A stretch of 34,371 bases of DNA from the NCBI GenBank assembly GCA_051649785.1, contig JBOFHT010000009.1, forward strand, positions 4,644 through 39,014, in the 5' to 3' direction. Of this stretch, positions 28,206 through 34,371 are shown piece after piece (positions within the stretch are counted from its first letter, which is position 1; each line of letters opens with the position of its first letter). The notes below the pieces were generated by a model, which was not told the DNA's origin, did not search any database, and saw only the letters and a list, made by a program, of their open reading frames with translations. Source of the DNA: Methanobacteriaceae archaeon. GTDB taxonomy: Archaea; Methanobacteriota; Methanobacteria; Methanobacteriales; Methanobacteriaceae. The position numbers and the translations under genes were made by a program.

Positions 28206-28925
28206 TTAAAATTCAACTCTAAATGCAATAACTTTAACTAATTTAGCTTCTTTTTTATGAAAACTATACTGATTACTTATTTTAAACTTGTATCGGAACT
28301 TAGTAGTTACAGCTCCCCCTAATTTCTCAAAATAATTCTCAACAAATTCCTCAGTACTTCCCATATGAAATGAATAAACAACCTTAGCTATTTTGCTAGC
28401 TGTTTCCATAAATATTCTATCAGCACCTGACTTAGCTCGTTTTTGAGAACCAAATGGAGGATTTTGAATAATAGTATCTATATTAGAAATAGACTTGGAA
28501 ATAGAATCAGAAATACCACTATTTATGTCGCTATTATTCCCATTACTATCATTATCCGTACCATTAAGATTATTAGAATTATTAATATTAAGATTATTAA
28601 TATCCTCACTTATAAAGTTGATATTAGGGTTATTTTTACCATTAGTGTTTGTATTATCAATAAAATCATTAAGCACATTATTAGCAATAACAATCGCATC
28701 CTCATCAATATCAATACCGGTAACACGAGAAGCACCTAAAAATAAAGCACTAAATGCTAAAATACCAGTACCACAACCTAAGTCAAGAACATTCTTACCT
28801 GTAATATCGCCTAAGATAAATGCATTCCATAATAGATCTGCAGCTATAGGTGCAGGGGTAGAATATTGTTCAAGGTGAATTTTAGGATTAGAATGTGTGG
28901 GAAATCCTTCTATAGCCATTTCCAA
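28206..28925 (-). CDS. METTL5-like (COG2263) N6-adenine RNA methyltransferase with an N/S/D-rich insertion; TTG start, or ATG at 28919
   Basis: [19 protein letters not shown] motif [15 protein letters not shown], catalytic NPPFG. An asparagine-rich low-complexity stretch of about 60 aa lies between motifs. Confidence 0.8.
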   Translation of the reverse strand: MEMAIEGFPTHSNPKIHLEQYSTPAPIAADLLWNAFILGDITGKNVLDLGCGTGILAFSALFLGASRVTGIDIDEDAIVIANNVLNDFIDNTNTNGKNNPNINFISEDINNLNINNSNNLNGTDNDSNGNNSDINSGISDSISKSISNIDTIIQNPPFGSQKRAKSGADRIFMETASKIAKVVYSFHMGSTEEFVENYFEKLGGAVTTKFRYKFKISNQYSFHKKEAKLVKVIAFRVEF

Positions 28926-29495
28926 ATGCTTTTTTTTAAAAGAATTCTTGAATTTGAATTTATTTTGAAGTTCTATAAATTTTGAAATATTATAAACTTT
29001 AGTATTATAAATTTTGACCAGTCCTTTTGTGAAGTAAAATTAATTGGAATTAATGATAATATTTTAATTATAGCTATAAATCTCAATTTATTATAATGTA
29101 ATTATAATATAATATTGTATAATAATAGTATAATAATATTAGTTATAATATTTAGTATAAATTAGTTATAATTTAATATAACTGGTTTAGTCATAAATAT
29201 AATATAAATGATAAATTTTAAGCATTAATGATAATATTTAATTAATAGTAAAATTATATAAATAATTAACTAAAATGTATTAAATTTATGCTAATTAAAC
29301 TACTTTAATAAACTAATACTAATATACTAGTACTAATAATCAATTGAATAATTGCTAATTATATATAAATTAAATATAATCTAAAATAGCTAATATATTT
29401 ATAACGATAATAAATTAAAAGATAATTTATGGATAATTATAGATAATTATAAATAAATATGAATAAATCATTAAAAAGGTAAATGAGGGCTTAAA

Positions 29496-30980
29496 ATGTT
29501 TAATAAAATATTAATTGCAAATAGAGGCGAAATAGCTATTAGAATAATGAGAGCATGCCGTGAACTTGGTGTTGAGAGTGTTGCGGTTTATTCTGATGCT
29601 GATGAAAGATCACTTTATACTAATTATGCCGATGAGAAGTTTAACATAGGCGAACCATTACCTGCAAAGAGTTATTTAAATATTGATAAAATAATTAATG
29701 TAGCCCTTGAATCTGGAGCTGAAGCAATACATCCAGGTTATGGATTCTTAGCTGAGAACTCCGAACTTGGAAGACAATGTGAAAAAAATGGAATTAAGCT
29801 TGTTGGACCAAGTGGGGAAGTAATTGAGTCTATGGGGGATAAAATTACTTCTAAAATACTTATGAAAAAAGCAGGACTTCCTGTTTTAGATGGTATGGAT
29901 GGTGGAGTAGATGATTTTGAAGAAGCAAAGGATTTTGCAAAATCAATTGGTTATCCCGTAATTGTTAAAGCATCTGCAGGTGGTGGCGGAATTGGTATGC
30001 GTGTAGTTTATGAAGAAGATGAACTTAAAAGAGCTATTGATTCAACCCAGTCAGTTGCAGGAACTAATTTTGGAGATAGTACAGTATATATTGAAAAATA
30101 CTTAGAAAAACCACGCCACATCGAATTCCAAATATTATCCGATGAATATGGAAATCATATACATCTCGCAGACCGTGAATGTTCTATTCAAAGAAGGCAC
30201 CAGAAATTAATTGAAGAAGCACCATCCCCAATTATGACAGATGAATTAAGGGAACAAATGGGTGATAGTGCAGTTAAAGCTGCAAAATATATAGATTATA
30301 CTGGTGCTGGAACTATTGAGTTTCTTTATAGTAATGGAGAATATTACTTCTTAGAAATGAATACTCGTATTCAAGTAGAGCATCCAATAACTGAAGCAAT
30401 AACAAATATTGATTTAATAAAAAAACAACTTAAAATAGCAGCTGGAAAAGAATTAGAATTTGAACAAAAAGATATTAATGTAAATGGTCATGCTATTGAG
30501 TGCCGTGTTAATGCAGAAAATCCATTTGCCGACTTTGCACCAAATCCTGGAAAAATTACAGGTTACCGTTCCCCAGGAGGTCCTGGAGTACGTTTAGATA
30601 GTGGAGTTTATATGAATTATACAATTCCTCCATTTTATGATTCTATGATTTCTAAATTAGTAACACATGGAAGAAACAGAAATGAAGCTATTGGTAGAAT
30701 GAGAAGAGCATTAAGCGAATATATTATTTTAGGAGTTAAAACAACTATTCCATTCCACAAAGCCATTATGAGAAATGAGCATTTCCTAAGTGGAGACTTA
30801 CACACACACTTTGTTGATGAACACAAAAAATTAATTGATGAAGAAATGGAAAAAGTAATATTAGAAGATTTAGAGCGTGTAAACCTTCTTAAATCAACAT
30901 TTATGCCTAGTAAAAAAATAGCTGCTATTTCTACTGCAGTTGGATCATATCTTAATAATGTTAATACAAAAAAGAAATAA
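29496..30980 (+). CDS. pycA: Biotin carboxylase; pyruvate carboxylase subunit A in methanogens
   Basis: MFNKILIANRGEIAIRIMRACRELG...ATP-grasp KASAGGGGIGMRVV...EMNTRIQVEHPITE. 494 aa, followed by birA. Confidence 0.85.
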   Translation: MFNKILIANRGEIAIRIMRACRELGVESVAVYSDADERSLYTNYADEKFNIGEPLPAKSYLNIDKIINVALESGAEAIHPGYGFLAENSELGRQCEKNGIKLVGPSGEVIESMGDKITSKILMKKAGLPVLDGMDGGVDDFEEAKDFAKSIGYPVIVKASAGGGGIGMRVVYEEDELKRAIDSTQSVAGTNFGDSTVYIEKYLEKPRHIEFQILSDEYGNHIHLADRECSIQRRHQKLIEEAPSPIMTDELREQMGDSAVKAAKYIDYTGAGTIEFLYSNGEYYFLEMNTRIQVEHPITEAITNIDLIKKQLKIAAGKELEFEQKDINVNGHAIECRVNAENPFADFAPNPGKITGYRSPGGPGVRLDSGVYMNYTIPPFYDSMISKLVTHGRNRNEAIGRMRRALSEYIILGVKTTIPFHKAIMRNEHFLSGDLHTHFVDEHKKLIDEEMEKVILEDLERVNLLKSTFMPSKKIAAISTAVGSYLNNVNTKKK

Positions 30981-31088
30981 GTTAACAGTTAAATAATTAA
31001 TTAAACTAGAAAATAATTAGCTAGAAAATGACTAATTAAAATAAAAAATAGTTAATAAAATAATATTATTATAAGCAAAAGGGATATT

Positions 31089-31892
31089 ATGGATGAAATT
31101 AAAAAGGGACTTAAAAATTCTGATGAAATAAAAAAATCACTTGAAAGCAAATATATAGGTAGTGAAATTTATTATTATAGTGAAGTTGATTCAACAAATA
31201 ATTTAGCTAAAAGATTAGCTGAAAATGGTGCTATTGAAGGAACCATTGTAATTTCAGATACCCAAAAAAGTGGAAAAGGTAGAATGGGAAAGAAATGGGA
31301 GTCCCCTACAGGAGGAATTTGGTTATCAATGGTTTTAAGACCAAAAGTTTCACTAAAAAAGGCACCATTAATAACATTAGCTACTGGAGTTGCTGTAGCT
31401 AGAACATTAAAAGGAATTGGAGTAGATGCTAAAATAAAATGGCCTAATGATGTCTTAGTAGATAATAAAAAAATATCAGGTATTTTAACTGAAGCTAATG
31501 CTAATTTTAACACATTAGATTATGTTGTAGTTGGTATTGGTATTGATACTAATTTAAATCCTGAAACATTTTCTGAAGAGCTTAGAGCAAATACTACAAC
31601 ACTAAAAAGAGAGTTAGACCAAGAAATAAATGATTTTGAAATTATTCCAAAACTCCTAAAAGAAATGGAAGAAGTTTATAACTTATTTAAAGAAGAAGAA
31701 TATGAAAAAATACTTAGCCAATGGAGAGAACTTAGTCAAACTATTGGAAAATCTGTTAAAATTCGCCAACCATTAGGTAAAGTCTTAGAAGGTTATGCAA
31801 TTGGAATAAACAATGAAGGAGTTCTAATTATAGAACTAGAAGATGGTAGCTTTAAAAAGATTGTCTCAGGAGAATGTATAAATAATGAATAG
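31089..31892 (+). CDS. birA: Biotin-[acetyl-CoA-carboxylase] ligase, class I (no N-terminal HTH)
   Basis: The GKGRMGKKWESPTGGIWLS signature starts near aa 62. KIKWPNDVLVDNKKISGIL is also present. 267 aa. Confidence 0.88.
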   Translation: MDEIKKGLKNSDEIKKSLESKYIGSEIYYYSEVDSTNNLAKRLAENGAIEGTIVISDTQKSGKGRMGKKWESPTGGIWLSMVLRPKVSLKKAPLITLATGVAVARTLKGIGVDAKIKWPNDVLVDNKKISGILTEANANFNTLDYVVVGIGIDTNLNPETFSEELRANTTTLKRELDQEINDFEIIPKLLKEMEEVYNLFKEEEYEKILSQWRELSQTIGKSVKIRQPLGKVLEGYAIGINNEGVLIIELEDGSFKKIVSGECINNE

Positions 31893-31960
31893 AGAAATAT
31901 TAGTAAAATATTGGTTAAATAGCTGAATATATTAATATATCCATTATTGTACATTACATA

Positions 31961-33199
31961 TTAATTAAATAAAATTTCCTCTATTTCTTTTCTATTTCCA
32001 TAAAAAGCTATAAGTTTATTAAAAGCAGATATAATTTTAGTATTCAAAGTATTCAAATCTAAATGTAATGCATCTTTTGAAGCTAGGTCAAATCTAATAG
32101 TATTTGAAGCCCCTGGCATGCTAACAGCAGGAATAGTAATTATTCCTTCTTTTTTTAATAATATCATTGAAAATAAAAAACAATAATCAGAATCTGAAAT
32201 ATCAGAATCACACTTAATATTTAATACATTATTATTGTTATTATCACTATTACGATTATTACAAATTCTAGACTCAATTTCTTTTTTAAGTCCTTTTTCA
32301 TTAATCATAAGTCCAGTAGGAGTTTTTTCAAAATTATTAAAGTTTTTTGAAAGTAATTTAGCGAGATTATCTTTTTTTTCTATTCCATCAATAATTGCTT
32401 TACTATTATAAACTTTTAAAGCATTTACAATAGCCATAATAGTTGGAGCTTGAGCTTCTAAACCAAACTGGTGAGCTTTTGATTTTACAAGATTAATTAA
32501 GTCAATATCTCCAGCCATTAATCCACCACGAGGTCCCTGCATTAATTTATCAGTACTAGTTACAACCAAATTTGCACCATAATCAATAGCTCTTTTTTGA
32601 TTATAAACAGCTACACGTAATCTAGCCCCTGAAGCATCATCAACTAATATAGGAATCTTCTTACCAGTAGCAATCTCTTTCTCATTACGTAAACTAACTA
32701 TTTTTTCAAAGTCTGTTTCACTGAGTACTTTATGATCCATAGTAGAACCAGTTATAATAATAATGGAAGTATTATCAGGAATATCCAAGACACTAAATTC
32801 CCCAATATTATCAAACTCACTATAACTAGTATTATTTATAAGTTTAAGACTTCTAGGAATAGAAGGATGAGACGGAAACTCAGCTAAAAAGTGAACAACA
32901 TGGTCGCCTTCATTTACAAGAGCTAAAATACTAGCAAGAAGCCCAGAACTAGTTCTATTAAGAGCTAATACCTTTTCCCCACCAAGATGCTCTTTTCCAA
33001 GTACTTCAAGTTCACTCTCAAAAATAGCAGAACCAACATAAGTTTCAAGAAGAGCTAAATCTTCATTATTTGCCAAAAAACCACCAGCAAGGCCAGTTAA
33101 ATCATAAAGCTGAGAATTATTATTAGTAATAAAATCATTAATAAATCTCAAAGCAGATTCACGTTTTTTAACTTCATCACCAGAATTTTCAATAATCAT
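31961..33199 (-). CDS. PLP-dependent SelA-like enzyme of the UPF0425/MJ0158 family
   Basis: NRTSSGLLASILAL...ILVDDASGARLR...VVTSTDKLMQGPRGGLMAG contains the putative PLP lysine in TDK. An N-rich insertion (NNRNSDNNNNN) lies near aa 311-338. Confidence 0.6.
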   Translation of the reverse strand: MIIENSGDEVKKRESALRFINDFITNNNSQLYDLTGLAGGFLANNEDLALLETYVGSAIFESELEVLGKEHLGGEKVLALNRTSSGLLASILALVNEGDHVVHFLAEFPSHPSIPRSLKLINNTSYSEFDNIGEFSVLDIPDNTSIIIITGSTMDHKVLSETDFEKIVSLRNEKEIATGKKIPILVDDASGARLRVAVYNQKRAIDYGANLVVTSTDKLMQGPRGGLMAGDIDLINLVKSKAHQFGLEAQAPTIMAIVNALKVYNSKAIIDGIEKKDNLAKLLSKNFNNFEKTPTGLMINEKGLKKEIESRICNNRNSDNNNNNVLNIKCDSDISDSDYCFLFSMILLKKEGIITIPAVSMPGASNTIRFDLASKDALHLDLNTLNTKIISAFNKLIAFYGNRKEIEEILFN

Positions 33200-33288
33200 A
33201 AAAGTATACTCCCTAGTAAATAATTAAATTTTAAAAAAATTCAATAACTCCATTTAAAATTAAGCAACTTAAATTTAGAAATTTCTGC

Positions 33289-34371
33289 TTAATTATTTTT
33301 TTCAATTCTTTTAATTTCATCCTCAATTTCTTCAACTAAATTATCATAATGTGATTTATAATAAAGATCTTGTAACTTTCTAAACCCCATATACTCTTTT
33401 TTAGCTTTACTATGAGCTTTTTTGCTAGTTACTTTACCTTTGTTATTTAAAACATCCATACTATTAAATTCAATATAATTATCTAAAAATTCACTCCAAT
33501 CTTTCATAAATACAGGAGCATTTCTTTTTGCTTGATTTTTAACTCTCATTTCAGCAGCATTTAAAAATCCTTCAACAAGACGATTAGCTATGTCAATTTC
33601 ATCTTCATTTAAATAATTTTTAGACACAATTACATCACTAATGTGAATTTTGCTTTGAGGAGATCCTTTCCAATTTGTAAGTCCCATATTAATTCTTTTA
33701 GAATCTGCTCTATCAACTATTATCTCAGCTGCAGTTCTATCTGTAACTGCATATATTATTTTATTTTGAACATTAGCATAAAAGTTCTTTGTTGATTGTG
33801 CATTTTCGTTATAATCTTTAGCAGTTGCATAAAGATCTGCCACTTTTTGGTAAAATCTCCTCTCAGACACACGTATTTCCCGTATCCTTTCAAGTAGCTC
33901 ATCAAAATAATCTTTACCTAATCTACTACTATTTTTTAATAGCTCATCATCTAAGATAAAGCCTTTTATTAAATATTCCTTTAAAATACCAGTAGCCCAT
34001 ATTCTAAAATGTGTTGCTTGTTTAGAGTTCACACGATATCCTACTGCTATAATTCCATCAAGATTATACCATTTCTCAGGCCTACCCCTATTTTTAGAAT
34101 TTAGAAAGGAATCCTTGCTAAAATCATTTTGCCCACCAAATAGCTTTTTAGAGTTTATACTTACTTCTTTTTCATTTAACTCCTCTTCTTCAAATATATT
34201 TAAAAAATGATTTGAAATATTTTGCCCAGTAGTCCCAAATATACTTGCAACTGTTTTTCGTGATGCCCACAAAGTTTCATTTTTTTTATCAACTAAGAAT
34301 TCAGCAGTTATAGCTCCTTCTAAACCATTATAAAATAATGTTTCACTTAATTCAAAGTTATTATCCCCCAT
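33289..34371 (-). CDS. RhuM family (virulence-associated, Fic/DOC-related) protein; the ATG is at the very window edge
   Basis: NETLWASRKTVASIFGTTGQNISNHFLNIFEEEEL...NLDGIIAVGYRVNSKQATHFRIWATGILKEYLIKGF...ERIREIRVSERRFYQKV match RhuM-family hallmarks recalled from memory. The window ends on the putative start codon, so the true start cannot be confirmed. Confidence 0.65.
   Translation of the reverse strand: MGDNNFELSETLFYNGLEGAITAEFLVDKKNETLWASRKTVASIFGTTGQNISNHFLNIFEEEELNEKEVSINSKKLFGGQNDFSKDSFLNSKNRGRPEKWYNLDGIIAVGYRVNSKQATHFRIWATGILKEYLIKGFILDDELLKNSSRLGKDYFDELLERIREIRVSERRFYQKVADLYATAKDYNENAQSTKNFYANVQNKIIYAVTDRTAAEIIVDRADSKRINMGLTNWKGSPQSKIHISDVIVSKNYLNEDEIDIANRLVEGFLNAAEMRVKNQAKRNAPVFMKDWSEFLDNYIEFNSMDVLNNKGKVTSKKAHSKAKKEYMGFRKLQDLYYKSHYDNLVEEIEDEIKRIEKNN

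Noticed and set aside
29496-31892. The pycA-birA pair as something unusual, for example BirA autoregulation.
   Set aside because: This BirA lacks the N-terminal HTH (class I), so no operator is expected. As far as I recall, the pairing of biotin carboxylase and biotin ligase is a known, ordinary arrangement in methanogens.

Overview
This is a very AT-rich archaeal window. Gene content and order point to Methanobacteriales, most likely a Methanobrevibacter or Methanosphaera-like genome; that assignment is inferred, not searched.

Core block (7550-33199). The minus strand carries the complete archaeal S10/spc/alpha-type ribosomal protein cluster in the classical Methanobacteriales order: SPOUT (MTH1-like), L3, L4, L23, L2, S19, L22, S3, L29, aSUI1, RNase P Rpp29, S17, L14, L24, S4e, L5, S14, S8, L6, L32e, L19e, L18, S5, L30, L15, SecY, Adk, DUF106 insertase, L34e, Cmk, L14e. 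It is followed by a METTL5-like methyltransferase, pycA, birA and a UPF0425 PLP enzyme. The S14 gene is missing from the ORF track and was found by hand with a TTG start. The operon is interrupted by unusually long, repeat-containing, ORF-free AT-rich spacers, including about 1.3 kb upstream of L3.

Accessory sequence. The left 7.3 kb holds a truncated UvrD-like helicase 3' end, a HEAT-repeat protein, a VapBC pair, a GNAT, an 843-aa Res-like SF2 helicase fused to an HNH nuclease, a signal-peptide protein whose start overlaps the helicase stop, and a double-2TM membrane protein. The right edge starts another accessory stretch with a RhuM-family gene.

Best candidate for an undescribed system: the helicase-HNH plus exported-protein pair at 2775-6193. 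It has no methyltransferase partner and carries two unassigned domains.

Other items worth a second look:
- a MITE-like element with a 17-bp TIR and an 8-bp flanking duplication (8691-8873)
- a G-free tandem repeat of about 73 bp (1876-2049)
- a GACTAGA/CTAG-rich, A-skewed degenerate repeat in the long L3 leader
- low-complexity insertions in conserved enzymes and an acidic tail on S3

I found no tRNA, rRNA or CRISPR array. All homology calls come from reading the translations; no database search was possible.
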